DNA of 64,000 nt, taken from contig MU057651.1 in the NCBI GenBank assembly GCA_013265495.1, positions 941,674 through 1,005,673 on the forward strand, in the 5' to 3' direction. A program made the position numbers and the translations under genes. Origin of the DNA: Vicugna vicugna (lineage: Eukaryota). The notes beneath the pieces were generated by a model. It saw nothing but the letters and a program-made list of their open reading frames with translations, was not told where the DNA came from and ran no database searches. Below, piece by piece: positions 13,845 through 27,042 of this stretch (its first letter is position 1; each line of letters begins with the position of its first letter).

Positions 13845-14225
13845 ATCAGGATAAGATAATTGCTCTAACAATCCCAACCTCTCAGTGGCTAAACACAAGG
13901 AGTTGGAGCAGTGTGGAGAGGGAGGGCTCTGCTCCATGCAGTCATTCAGGGACCCAGGCTCCTTTCACTGTAGTGGCCTCTCCATCCTCTAGGTTCTCCA
14001 CTGGATTTTCTGTTTGTAGTCCTCAGTCTAGGGGAAAAAAAGAGAAGGAAATTTGTGTGGGCTGTTTTGCCAGCCAGGCTTTGAAGACGTGTACGTCATT
14101 TCTCACTACATTCCATTGGCTAGAACTCATCCACTTAGCCCCACCTAAGTGCAGGTGAGGCTGTGAAACATAGTATAGCTGGGTGCTGGGGAGGTGGATA
14201 GGGTTGATCCAAAGCATTCAGCACT
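13845..14225 (-). mobile_element. Old MaLR LTR (MLT1K/L-like)
   Basis: ctctcagtggctaaacacaagg...ctctgctccatgcagtcattcagggacccaggct...cattccattggctagaactc. Confidence 0.7.
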
Positions 14226-15162
14226 ACTATATATTTGTCTTAAGCAAGGGTGATTTTTTTTGGTAGGAAGGGCTCCAACTGCTGAGTCTCAGACCAAAGT
14301 CTTCACCAACATCCTCTCAATACTGAAGTGTTTGACACTCATGGAGCAGCATTATAGGCCTTGGTGGAGTAAGAGAATAGTCCTGCCCTCAGAGAACTTA
14401 TATTATAAATGCAATTCCACCAAACTTCACATTTACTTTGTATTTCACAGTACCTCTGGACCCATAGGTAAGGGCAATTACATTTTTTTTTTCTGCTACA
14501 GAGACTTGGGCTGTGTGTCCTAGGAGCAAGAAAGTGAAAGAATTGACATTCATTGAAATGATGATCAGTGACCCTGGGCAACTCATTCTGAATCCTGAAC
14601 TGTTTATAAATCACTCTTAGAAACGAAAAGGAAGCCAGTAAAAGGGGAAACTATACTACTAATCTTTTTCCTCTTTTTACCCTGGCTACCAGGGCATTCA
14701 GAATCCTTTAATGCTTATATATAATAATTATGTTAACTGTATTGGTTGGTATTTCTTATAGCTACTTCTTGTTTCAGGGTTTTTTTTAATTTAATTTTTA
14801 ATTACTTCATGGTATATACCTTTTGTTGCAAAAGGAAAAAAAATGAAAGTATGGTTTCTTCTCGTTTTATATAATGCTAGGTTTGAAAATTGGTATTTGT
14901 GAAAAAGATTTTCTATATGTATTGTGACTTCCTGAGCAGTTGGTTTTACATGGTGTGGTTTTGGAGAAGAACTTTAGGTCGAGGGAAAGCTCAGCTCTCT
15001 AAGCCAAAGGAGTGCATCACTCCTTCAAGGGCAGCTAGAACTTTCGTGTCCAACCCATAGCTGTTGGTCAGAATGGAGAAAGCCCTTCCAGGTTCCCTTT
15101 CTCCCTAGCTGTGTATTGAATATTTAAGGATCCGGTCATTTGTCTGTATTATTTCCTCTAGT

Positions 15163-15365
15163 CCAGGTTTTCTTAACTGCTTTGGGGCTAGATATATCTT
15201 TGTTATCAGGCGCTGTCCTGTGCATTGGGGGCTGTTTAGCAGCTTCCCTGGCTTCTACCCACCAGACACCAGTAGCATCCTCCCCAACTTGCGACAATAA
15301 AAAATGTCTTCCGACACTGCCAAATGTCCCCTGGTGGAAAAATCACCCTCAGTTGAGAACCACTG
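15163..15365 (-). mobile_element. MER20 (hAT-Charlie)
   Basis: gctgtcctgtgcattg...ctgccaaatgtcccctgg...gttgagaaccactg. Confidence 0.85.
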
Positions 15366-17763
15366 CTGTAGTCCCAAGTATTTGTGATTTTACATAGATT
15401 CCCTCACTTCCCCAGGATCCTGGTTTTTAATTATATGTATTTGGCCATTTCGTACAGAAATGGGAGTTGCAGACAAAAGTTATGGGTGGCAGGAAACACA
15501 GTTCTAAGATTGCCTGTGTTTGTACCCCTGTGGGCCATAGATTGAAGCAGCGTGGAACAGGCGCTATATGCATACATCTAGAACTGAGAATAAAAAGCCT
15601 TCTTCATATTCATTAACCATTGAGAAGTGGACTCATTTCTAGGGCATTATTGAAGGTTCTGAAGAAAATGAGCTCTCAATCCAGAAGCCCTAAAGCAGTG
15701 CCTCTCCAACTTTAAAGTACACGTGAATCCCTGGGAATTTGTTGAAATGAGATGCTGACCCAGGAGTTCTGAGTGGAGGGAGGGGTCTGAGATTCTGCAT
15801 TTCTAACTAGCTCTCAGGTGACACTAAAGCTGCTGGTTCCTGGACCTCACTCTGAATAGGGGGTTGGTGGTCTCTGCAAAGAGGATCTGGCCATCCAATG
15901 CTATTTTCAGGTTCTAGAGAGGGAATTGTTCTGTTCTAAGATTATTTCACTGGCCCAGTAATTTATAAGGTAATCTTCAGTTTTTAACATTCCCTGCTTC
16001 TGCCATTCTCAAGAAGGCACAACCCGAGGGCATAGCCTCCGCGCACACCCTTTCTCTCACTCTCCCCAACCATTTGAGGCTAACGTGCGGTGATGTAGTC
16101 AAGTACATCCTTTTGATCAGCTACCTTCTGTTTTTTTAGACCTTCTAGGTGCCTGTATGTGTGAAAGACAGAGAGAGTGGTTTCCTTTTTAGAGGCAACA
16201 GTGAGAAGAATTTGGGAAAAGCAATTAGAATGACAGAAAAGATTTTATGTTGCATAGCTGTTTTACCCTGGCTGTAGTTTCAGATAATGCAGCCTAGAGC
16301 TTGAGAGCAATGCCGGGTAGCCCCACTTCTTGATCCCGAGATCTTGGCTCCAGTGCTAGTTTGACCACTCCCTAACCTCAGTTTCCTCATCCGTAAAGGT
16401 AGTTATATCAATCCCACCTCCTAGGGTGGCCATAGGGAGAAAAGAGCTAATGAACGTGAGCATACAGTGTAAACACGAGTCAGTAATGACTAAATAACTA
16501 ATGTTATTGATGCCACTACTGCAGTTATTGGAACTGTGGCTCTCAAATTCTTTTTTGCCTCTAAATTGTCTGCATACGCCTCACTCCCATCAGTGACATC
16601 TCTCACTCTGTTCAGTGATTCCCAATCAGGGGTGGGCCGATGGGTAGAGCTTGAAACTGCTCCCACCAAAGACCGTGGACCACTTGAGAACTGAGGTCCC
16701 ATTTTGAGAATTACTGGTCCAAAGCAATGATTGAGCCTCCTGCTACTTTTGTAGCCTTGGTAAATCTGAAGATGGTAACAAACCTTATTTACTTACGTAA
16801 CCTCTGACCCTTGTGACCACCTTCCCCACTAATAACTCTACAATGAGAAGAGGGGCCATCTTATGAGCACGTGGCTGCCAAAAGATGAATCCCAGCTTCA
16901 AACTGGAAATTTGCATGAAGCTTTGACATTACTATTCATGCCTCCGTTTCCTGAGGAACAACCACCACCTCACGGCAATCGGTGGTGGAGTCCTTTTGAA
17001 TCTAGATTCTCTAACACGCCCTTTCTGTTCTCTGCATTGTGTATGTTTACCTACATTACTCTTTGCCCTGCAGGGACTTTGGCTTTGGTTCTTAAAGGAT
17101 TTCCTAAGAGGAGAAACATGATACTTTGTCTTTTCCTCTGGTAGTTCTGTGACATGGCAGATGAGCTGCCTCGTCTGGTCTCCAGGAAGAGGCGGATGGC
17201 CTTTCCCTAACAGCGCTGGCTGGCTTCAGCAGCCCTCAGGCTTCATCTGCCACTGCCTTCCCTGCAGCCTCTGCCAGTGGCCTCCAGGGACCACTTTCTG
17301 AAGCCTGCTGCTAACACATTTCCAAACACAACAAAAAGCCTGTTTGGGGATAAGTTTTCCCAATTAATCCTCAAGTACTGAATGCCTCTTTTCTTCCTTT
17401 AGGATGTAATGTGATAGCAATAGGCTCTTTCACTCGCCTCCTGACAGGTCCTGCCTCCAACCTCACGGTCTCTCCTCCAGTCATCCCAGAACAGTCTTCC
17501 AGAAATGTAAATCTCATCAGATAACTGCACTGCTCAAATCACTTCACTGGCTTCTCATCGTATACAGGCACGGTCCAAACTCCTGGGCTGGACTTCTTTG
17601 TATCTCCAGTGCCTAATGTCATTGGGCTGTCGTTGCAAGTGCCAGACTGTATGGTTCAAGTTAATAGCACTCTACAGTATTTCACAGGGGGCGTTTTCTC
17701 TACGTTTACAAAGCTCACTAATGAAATGAAGGAAGAAAGAAAAAGATGCAGGAGAGGCTGTGC

Positions 17764-17886
17764 AGCCATGTAAGAGAAACTAGCTAGGTCTCAGCTGAAG
17801 GTTGAGTGAGCCATGTAAGAGAAACTAGCTAGGTCTCAGCTGAAGGTTAAGAGAAACTAGCTAGGTCTCAGCTGAAGGTTGAGTGA
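17764..17886. repeat. Perfect local tandem duplication (45-bp unit with a nested 32-bp re-duplication)
   Basis: aagagaaactagctaggtctcagctgaaggtt occurs three times identically, at 17772, 17817 and 17849. Confidence 0.95.
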
Positions 17887-20800
17887 AAGTAGGGGTGGGG
17901 TCCTGAATTCAGTACTTTCTAGTGTCCATGAGATGGCAGAGATCCAGATCCTCAACATATCTGCTTTTTAGATGTGGTGCAGAGGAGTGTTCTTGGGATG
18001 TTCATAGCTGTTACACAGATGAAAAGAAAAAAGTCTGATGGTTCAGGAAAGTCAGTCAGAGAAAATGCTGGGTTGTAATTCAACAGGTTTTTTTTTTATG
18101 GAATTTCTGAGATCCTTTAACACGCTGAAAGGGTTGTTGTGAGCATAGACGATGGACCTTTTCCCAATTTTATTTGAAGCACAGAATTTTGTTTTCACAG
18201 AGCATCTTGTGGACTAGTAGTGCTCTGCAGAGCGGACTCGGGAAATGCTTGTGTAGGCAATACAAAGGAATGCTTGACCGCACTCCCCACTGTCTCAGCC
18301 AGATGCCTCACATTGTTTCTGTAAGTGCTGCTTGAGGGTAGTGACTAATTTGTCCATTTCAAAGGGTCGTTGACCTTCAAAAAAAAGCCCGCTTCCCAAA
18401 GGATTAGAACTAACCAAGTAATAGTAGAACTCATTCTTAATTTATTTAGGGAGAAGAGGAAGGCAGTGAGTGACACATGTTACCACAAAGCCTGTCATTA
18501 ACAATTAGGCATCATGCAGAAGAGTTGATTTAACATTCTCTCCTCAACTGCAAGTCCATTTATTATACCGCTGGATAATTAAAAATTTTAAAAACCCGCA
18601 GTGTAGTAGCAAAAGAACAATAGATCATATCCACTGCAGAAGGGGTTCTTTTCATTGGGCTACATACATAATCCAAGTTCGGATGAAGAGCTGAGATTCG
18701 GGAATTCGCCCCTGAAAACAGAGGGATTTGTGTTTTATCTTTTCCTTCAATTGTTGGACTTGCTTTTAATGGGCTTCTCTTGCCCTCATATTTTGTGGCT
18801 CTCTGTAAAATTAGGAAACCTAAGTTTAAATCCTGGCTTTGGCACTAAATAATGGTCTTCCCCCGGGAAGCTCTGGGCCTCATTTCCATCTGTCAAGAGA
18901 GAAGGCCATTTCCAGTTTCCTCTTGGAGATGTACATGGGAAACCCTAGAAGGCTTATGTAATGTGATTGGAATGGTCCATGAGCTGAATAATGGAGCTGA
19001 TGATAAAGCTGTTCAGTAAAGTGGAAGAAGACATTTTGATAGGAAAGGACGTAGAGGTTCCCTCTAAAGATTGGATTATGGGAAGCTTTCACCAGTAACT
19101 GCTCTCAGCACACAGAAGGCTGAAAATGAGCATGCATAGCCCTAGAGCCCTAGAAACTGGACTGAGTTGCCTGCCAAGATCCAGTGCTTCTGAGGTGAAA
19201 CCCGCAGACCCCTTGCTTTGTGTTAAAATAGTGCAGGCACCTCTTTTGAGTAATGGAATGCTTTGAGAGTCTAATGGAACCCAAGGACCCTCTTCCCAGA
19301 AGAATGCATGCACTCAAAACTTGCTTCAGAATCCCTTTGAAGAGTCATCATATTTGTTTCTCTCCAGATCTCTAGGACTTAAATGAAGAACCCCCTCACC
19401 CCTGGAGGTGCACACTTAGAGCTTAACAACATTAAGAATAGACTTGTGACATTCAAGTGTATATCACTATTTGGGTGTTTTGTTCCTTTGTTCCAGTGCT
19501 AGAGCCAGGAGGAGATAGGTCAAGACATAAGCCCCTCCCCCTTTGCACTTGTTGATCACTCAGCAAGCAGTACATCTATTACCAGGTGCTAGATTGTAGG
19601 TAGGGTACAGACGGGCAGACCATTGGAGTTGCTGCAAGAAATCAGTGTGTTTGACAGATGGTGAGTGCTGGGTAAGAGATGAGTAAGCAGAGGGTAGGCT
19701 GCGGGGGTGGGTGGGTCTAGCATGAGTCAGAGCAGAGCTGGCAAGGCATGCAGTGGGGATGAGGACCAGCTGGTATTACAGAGAGTGTTCTTTAGCCGTG
19801 GGGATGCATCTCTGAGATGCACTTCATCACTCTGGCTGGGCTGTGCCCCATGATGCCGCTCTGCACGTATCCATATACAGAGCTTCAGCTCCAGGTGCTG
19901 GCCCGAAGGCAGGTGACTGACACAGCAAGGCAAAATCTCCTATCTGAAAGGCAGAGAATCACAAGCTGAGGGGTGTTTTCTGAGTTGGCTGAACCCTCAG
20001 GGGATGTATAAACTCTGGACACCGGACCGCTGGAGCAGACTCAATTATACATCTCTTTTTACCTTCAGAAGGACTGCACTTGGTAAGCTGGAGACAATCA
20101 GAATCAATTGTTTGTGTTGCATATAGCGTCTTTTCTCCCCAGGCTTTTTCAAAAAATAGAATCTTGTTTGTTCTATGTCCGCATGAAATAGAAGCAAGTG
20201 AAATGATTTCCCGCAACAAACACATACTCACATACTCACAAACGCAGAAAGTTGTTTAGAAACTGAGGCCCAGAGATGCAAAGACAGCAAGTCAGCTGCC
20301 CTACCCAGCCAAGAATGCATGTGCTCCCCTTCTCCCCGAGATCGAGTGCCCAGCCTGCCGGAACCCCTTGCCCCACAGAGGCGTGCTCTCCTCTTGCACA
20401 AAGCCTCTCCTCAAGTCATCCTTCTCCTCCACATCTGTCTGACAAGATGGCATTTTCAGGCAGGGTCAGCTACTGACTGACAGCAGCTGAAACATTAACG
20501 GAAGTGGGGTGATAAACAGCCCGCAAATGGGTTCCGGATGAGGAGGGGACGAGCTGGGATTACACTGGGGGTGTGAGCTTTCAGCACCCTCTTCCCCTCT
20601 CCTCTCCAGCTGGACCGGCAGATTACTGTTTCCTCTCACTCGGCACCTTCTTGGTTGGGGCAGAGTGTTGTGTCTGTCTGCTTAGCTGCAGAGTGATCTG
20701 CTGAATCTGCTGCAGGAATTTCCTGGCTTGGGACCCCATGGAGGGTTGGGCCTGGGGTTGGAGTAGGGAGGCCACTGGTCATACTGAAGAGTGTCCTTGA

Positions 20801-21082
20801 AGATTCCAAATGGGAAAGTCCTTCCCCCATGAGCCCCCTCCTTGAGCTCAGCTGTCTGGGAGACCTACCCCAACTCCCAAGGTGCATACCCTATGGACAA
20901 AATTATGACTTGGGATTGACCCTCTCGGCCCCTTTATGGTTCTCCCTTTCCTTTTCATTGACCTTTCTAGTCTTCACCTGCCTCCCTGTCACCAGGGCAC
21001 ACAGCACTTTCAGTTTGTCCAGGCCTGCCCCACGCTGATACTCAGCCTTTGTGTCTGCACTGTAGGATGTGTGGTCATTTAA

Positions 21083-21758
21083 ATTTTTTGGTAACAGCTT
21101 TATTTGAGATATAATTTACATACTATTTATCCTTTTAAAGAGTACAGTTAAGTTGGTTTTAGTGTATTTACAAGATATTGCCAGCATCACCACTGTCTAA
21201 TTCTAGAATGTTTTCATCATCCCCGAAAGAAGCCCCATACCCACTAGCAGTCACGCCCTGTTTTCCCTCCCCCCAGCTCCTGGTTCATAAATATGGAATT
21301 GTATAGTATGTGACCTTTCGTGTCTGGCTTCTTTCACTTAGCATAATGTTTTCAAGGTTCATCCATTCTAACTGATTTATATTCCATTGTCTGATACATC
21401 ACATTTTATTTATCATTTCATCTATTAATGGACACTGGGTGGTTTCCACTTTTGACTATTATGAATAACGCTGCTATGAACCTTCATGTACAAGGATCTG
21501 TTTGAGTCTCTGCTTTCAGTTCTCTTGAGTATACACCTAGAAGTGGGATTACTGGTTCATACGGTAACTCTATGTTTAACTTTTGAGGAACTGCCAAACT
21601 TTTTTGCACAGCAGCTGTACCATTTTACATTTTCACATTCCCACCAGCAATATACAAAGGTTCCATTTTCCCCACATCCTTGCCAATGCTTATTATTATT
21701 TCCTTTTTTTATTATAGCTGTCCAAGTAGGTGCGAAGTAGTGTGTCACTGTGGTTTTT
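21083..21758 (-). mobile_element. L1MB-type 3' end with ORF2 C-terminus remnant
   Basis: aacagctttatttgagatataatttacatac...; ORF 21557-21748(-) contains WQGCGENGTFVYCWWEC. Confidence 0.85.
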
Positions 21759-22614
21759 GTCCCCTTGCCTCCAAGACCTTGCTCTTTATTGGGGGGACTG
21801 TTCAGTCTTCAGTATTCATTACTGTGAACTTATTAAACCTCTGGGAAAGGCAGAGCCCTACTCTAATTAATACTTGAAGCTGGGACCATGTCAAGCACTC
21901 TGGCAGAGCAGAGAAGAAGAGAGATTGGGACAGAGTGAACCTGCCACCTTTGGAAGCTCTGACATAGCAGGAGCACTCTGCTCTACCCTTTTCCCTTCCC
22001 CTAAAGAGACCTTTGAGTGTGGAAATAGTTAGACAAGGCTTTTTTGAAGAGGTAAGACTAGAATTGGGCCATAAAGGGCAGGCAGAGGGGAAATGGATGA
22101 AGAGGGGAAGGAGAGAGGCATCCTAAACTGAAAAATATGAAATTCCAGGGAAGAGCTCAGGTACTGACCCAGAACAAAGCTGAAACTCAGACCAATCCAC
22201 AATGACTTGTTTAGCGGCTCTAGAAAACATGCAGCAGGAGAGGAGCCTGGAAATAATGGCCAAAATACAGTGGGAGAGTTGGCTGAGTTCAGATTTTCTC
22301 CTTTGACCTTCAGGACTACTCAATCACAGATACACTCATGACCCTTAAATAAATCCACCTGTCTGGAGCCCTCAAGAAATCTAAAGCAGAGACTCTGCAT
22401 TTGGTAGATGGCTTTCGCCAGAACTCAGCTGCTTGGCTAGAGAAATCACTCTCAGTGGGCTCCCCACTGAGATGGGGCGATAGGGCAGATGGAGTCAGCT
22501 GGAAGCTGAGGCACAGAAGGATTCTTAGTAAACGTGATGATTCAGAAGTGGCTCTCTAGTTACACTCAGAGCCTGGCAATATTTGAGACATTTTACAGGG
22601 CAGTGAAAGACAGT

Positions 22615-22963
22615 TGTCTTAGTCAGTTTGGGCTGCTATAACAAAAATATCAGAGGTGAATGGCTTAAACAACAAACACCTGTTTCTCACAGTTCTAGGG
22701 GCTGGAAAGTCCAAGATCAAGGTGCCAGCATATCTGGTGTCTGGTGAGAGACTGCTTCCTGGCTTGTAGACAGCCACCTTCATGCTGTGTCCTCATATGG
22801 TTAAGAGAAGACATCATCTCCCCTGTCTCTTCTTATAAGGGCACTAATCCCATTCATGAGGGCCCCAGCTCCCAAAGGCCCACCTTAAAGTACCATCACA
22901 TTGGGGATTAGGTCTTCAGTGTATGAATTTGGTGAAGGGGACATAAACATCCAGTCTATAACA
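22615..22963 (-). mobile_element. MaLR solo LTR (MLT1A-like)
   Basis: TG...CA bounded; tgtcttagtcagtttgggctgctataacaaaa...ctcacagttctaggggctggaaagtccaagatcaaggtgccagca. Confidence 0.85.
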
Positions 22964-23044
22964 GGCACTGTAAGAACAAACAACCCCACATTTCTTCCCT
23001 TATCGACCTGCTTTCTGCCTTCCAGAAACCCTATCATTTAAAGC

Positions 23045-23290
23045 TAGTAGTAATATAACAATAACGGCATTTGCTGAGCACTAATATGTACCTGGCACTA
23101 TGCTGAGCATGGTGTCTCACCTCATTTGATCCTCACAACAACCTATGAGGTAAGTACTATTATCAGCCCCATTTTATAGATGGGAGAACTGAGGTTCAAG
23201 AATGCTAGGTGATTTGCTTAGTTAATGAGTGGTACCTAATTAGTAGGGGAGCTAGATTTCGAACACAATTTGGACACCCTAAAGTAAGGC
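23045..23290 (-). mobile_element. MIR SINE; other MIRs at about 8000-8130, 16300-16500, 27290-27480, 30700-30930, 32350-32580, 36510-36740, 37590-37800, 38960-39180 and 51535-51780
   Basis: MIR core cccattttatagatgggagaactgagg (reverse complement: cctcagtttcctcatctgtaaaatg). Confidence 0.8.
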
Positions 23291-24329
23291 CTTTCCGCCC
23301 ACTAGGACAGATCTTAGAGGCTATATTGTCAGTAAACTCCCCCACATTGAGCCCTAAGTTTCAGAATGTTTCGCCCTCCTTGCCCTGTGCTCTACAGTCT
23401 CATTATGGATAAAGCATCAAAGGCTGAAGTTACAATTTAATCATTTAGAAAAAGAACCTGTTTTTTAAATATTGTCTTCCATTGGCACCTTGGTATGAAT
23501 TAGTCAAGAAGATGAGTGCTACCCCCCCTACCCCAGCAGGGCCTCAGTGTGATGGGACACAGAAGGATTAAGTTTTTATGGAGAAGGAGAGTTTGGGGAA
23601 GATCTGGAAATCACAGGTCTCTGCCTAAGGACAGCAGGTCTAGTTAAGTCATCACTTTGAGCAGCCAAAGGCAAAAAGAAGTAATAGTGATTGGAGAACT
23701 GAAGGAACAAATCTGAATGGAAGGTGTCATTGCTTTAGCTGATGGACCCATTTGAAGAAATACTTTTGATTTCAGTGAGCATCCCAAAGAAAAACTCATT
23801 TGAACCCACATGGCCTCAGAGGGTGAGCAATGTTTCTTTCTTGGAAGGGGACTTTAGACACCTACTGTTTGGCATGCATTAATTCTGCAAGATGTGTCAC
23901 ATCCTTTCTGTATACTCTGACCTAGCTTGACCGAGATGCAGCGCCCAACTATTCTTCCCTCCCTTACAGTGGTGCTCCTTGGAGGAGCGCAAGAGGTGTC
24001 CCATTAGCATCCTTATTTACCTGCTTTCTTTCCAGCTGAGCCAAGGCCCAGATGTCAGCCCAAATTTACAAACTTTATTTAAAGCAGTTTATTTCAGAAA
24101 GCAGTGTAATAGATCCCCCACCACTCTCCCCAAAGGTGCTGAATAGTGTCTGCAGGAGAGAACCAGCTCAGTGTAGTCACACTGGAAACACAGGCCTGGC
24201 TAAAGTCGGTCCCAGTAGTAATAGAGCTGAGCTTCTATGACCAGCTTTGTAGGATTGATTTTCTATGGTGGGAAGAGACCCAAAATGGTCTTGAAGTAGA
24301 ATCTTTTTCAAATATAGACTCTTCAAATT

Positions 24330-25930
24330 TAATTTTTGAATAGGAACATTTGTATCATTCAAGAATATGAATGATATATGTATGTATGTGTATATATGAT
24401 TATATATATTTACATATAAAAAGGTATATATAAAGATATGCAGTAAGATGTCTAATTCACCCCATCCCACATCCATCCAATTCTTACCTTTCTCCCTAGA
24501 ACACAGTTCCCCCCATAACTTTCAATATTTTCTTATGTATCTTTCCAGATTTTCTTTATGAAAATATAAGCAACTGTAAATATATACTCTTTAAAATATA
24601 TTCTATTTACATAAAAAGTAGTATATTATTTATAGAATTTTGCACTTTATATTTTTTTCACCTAATAAGCTATCTTTCTATGTTAGTGCATAGAGAGCTT
24701 ACTCATTCTTTTATACAACTGCATACTATTTTGTTGTATTAGTGAGTCATCACATATTTAACCAGATGTGCTGCAGTGAATAACTTTTAGATATTTCACA
24801 CATGTGCAAGTATATCTGTAGCACGAATTCTTAAAAGTAAATCCTACTATTGGGTCATAAATACATATATTTTAAAATTGATAGATACTGCTGAATTTCT
24901 CTCCGTAGTGTTTGTATCAGTTCTCCACAGCCTTGCTGAGAAAGTTTATTAATCAAACTTTTGGATTTTTGCAAATCTGATAAGAAAAATGGTATCTCGA
25001 TGTAGATTTTTTAACTGAAGTATAATTGACATATTAGTTTCAGGTGTACAGCATAATGATTCAATATTTGTATATACTGCAAAATGATCAACTCAGTAAG
25101 TCTAGTTAACATCTGTCCCCATATATAGTTACAGATTTTTTTCTTATGATGAGGAATTTTAAGATTTATTCTCTTAGCGACTTTAAAGTATGTAATACAG
25201 TGTTATTAACTATAGTCACTATGATGTACATTCCATCCACATGACTTATCTATTTTATAAGTCCTTTGGACCTACTTTACCCATTTCACCCACCCCCCTG
25301 CCTCTGGCAACCACCAATCTGTTCTCTGTATCTATGAGCTTTTTATTTTTTAAGATTGCACATCTAAATAAGATTATACAGTATTTGTCTTTCTCTTCCT
25401 AACTTATTTCACTCAACATAATGCCCTCAAGATCCATTCATGTTGCCAGGAATGGCAAGATTTTATTTTTTAATGGCTGAATAGTATTCCATTGTCTGTG
25501 TGTGTGTGTACACACATATCACATCTTTATCTATTCATCCATCAATGGAAACAGCTTGTGTCCATGTCTTAGCTATTGTAAATGATGCTGCAGTGAACAT
25601 GGGGGTGCATGTATCTTTTCAAATTAGTGTTTCCATTTTCTTCAGATAAATATCCAGAAGTGGAATTGCTGGATCATATGGTAGTTCTAGTTTTAATTTT
25701 TTGAGGAACTTCCACACTGTTTTTCATAGTGGTACATTTCTCTTATGAATAAGGTTAAGCACATTTTCTTATGTCTAAGAGCCATTTGTCATTCCCTTTC
25801 TGTCAACTCTATATAGTCTTTGCCCACTTTTTACTGTTGAGCTATTAGTCTTTTTCTTACCAATTTCTAGGAGCTCTTTATATATTATAGATAAATCGGA
25901 TTTTAATTCAAAAACAGCATATCTCTGAAA
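24330..25930 (-). mobile_element. Old L1ME-type remnant with a younger L1MA-type 3' end nested at about 25008-25735
   Basis: The nested part begins ttttaactgaagtataattgacatattagtttcaggtgtacagcataatgattc. The flanks are degenerate L1 3' sequence that resumes after 25735. Confidence 0.75.
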
Positions 25931-26455
25931 AGTTTCTATGCCAGTGGTTTTACAGTGTCTATTAGCAGCAAAGCTCTTTGTTAGATTGAAATCATAAAAA
26001 AAAAATCCTAAAAACACATACACCAATAAAATTGGAGCTGTTCTATTGAAATGGAAGTGAAGAATGGATTTCTTTCCTCATGCCTCCCTGACACCTCTGA
26101 GGAGCAGTACGGAACAGTTTGAAAATGACTACCCTCCATGGCTGGTTGACCTGTGATTTCAGTTTCCCCTAACACTTTCAGCTAAAATACTTTCTAGTGT
26201 CTAACCTGAATCCATAGTGATGCAGTTGATACTCTTTCATACTTGACATAGTTGGGCAATTTGTGATAATATGACCTTTCTTCCATTCTTAACCTTTACA
26301 TGTTATTTAATTATGTTGTCATTTAATACCTTTTTGTGCTGGCCCCTCCAATGAGAGTAGAAATCTCCTTGAAGTCCAGGACACATCTTATTTATCTATC
26401 TTTGTAGCTCTAACCTACCATGGTACCAGCTACTGTCAAGGTATAATCAAGAACC

Positions 26456-27042
26456 TGCGGGGAGCCACTCATGACCTGAGGACTGCCGAGCACAGAAAGG
26501 GACAATAAATCCCAAAGTGCTGGCGTCAGGCTCTGAGATTGATCTAACAAAGACAATCTCTGTCCCGCCACCCCTTTTCAGGAAAGAATGCACCAGGTGA
26601 TCTAAAAGCCCTAGGAACATCCTGAGCCATTAAGCTACTGATGATCTTTGAACAGAGAGATACAATCAACATACAAGTTAGTGATCTTAGTTTATAGAAA
26701 CAATAACCTTAGTTAGTGATCTTGGTATGTGGGAACATATACCCTAGTTTATGAGTATTATAAACAACATTGATCTATAGAACAATGCACAAGTTAGAGA
26801 GTTTAGTACACACTGTGTTTAAACCATAAAACAATACCTGTGCCTACGTGCAAGAATGCACAAGGTAGTCACTTTAATTTGTATAAATTAACTGCCTGAA
26901 ATAAACTCGAGGTCCACTCTTGGCTTAGCGTCTTGCGGGCTAGAGTGAGACCCTCTCAACCCCACCTTCTAGTCTTGTCTTTCTTTTCTCAGTCCTGTGG
27001 CACAGGTTTCTGGACCTGATCGATTGTCGGCTGGCTCCGACA
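26456..27042 (+). mobile_element. Solo LTR of an endogenous retrovirus, class II/betaretrovirus-like, 587 bp
   Basis: TG...CA termini with imperfect inverted ends (TGCGGGGAGCC ... GGCTCCGACA). Perfect 6-bp TSD AGAACC at 26450-26455 and 27043-27048. TATAAA at 26882-26887 followed closely by AATAAA at 26900-26905. U3 direct repeats. No PBS or internal sequence beyond the ends. Confidence 0.88.

Noticed and set aside
17764..17886. CRISPR-like repeat array
   Set aside because: No unique spacers and a mammalian intronic context; simple tandem duplication explains it.
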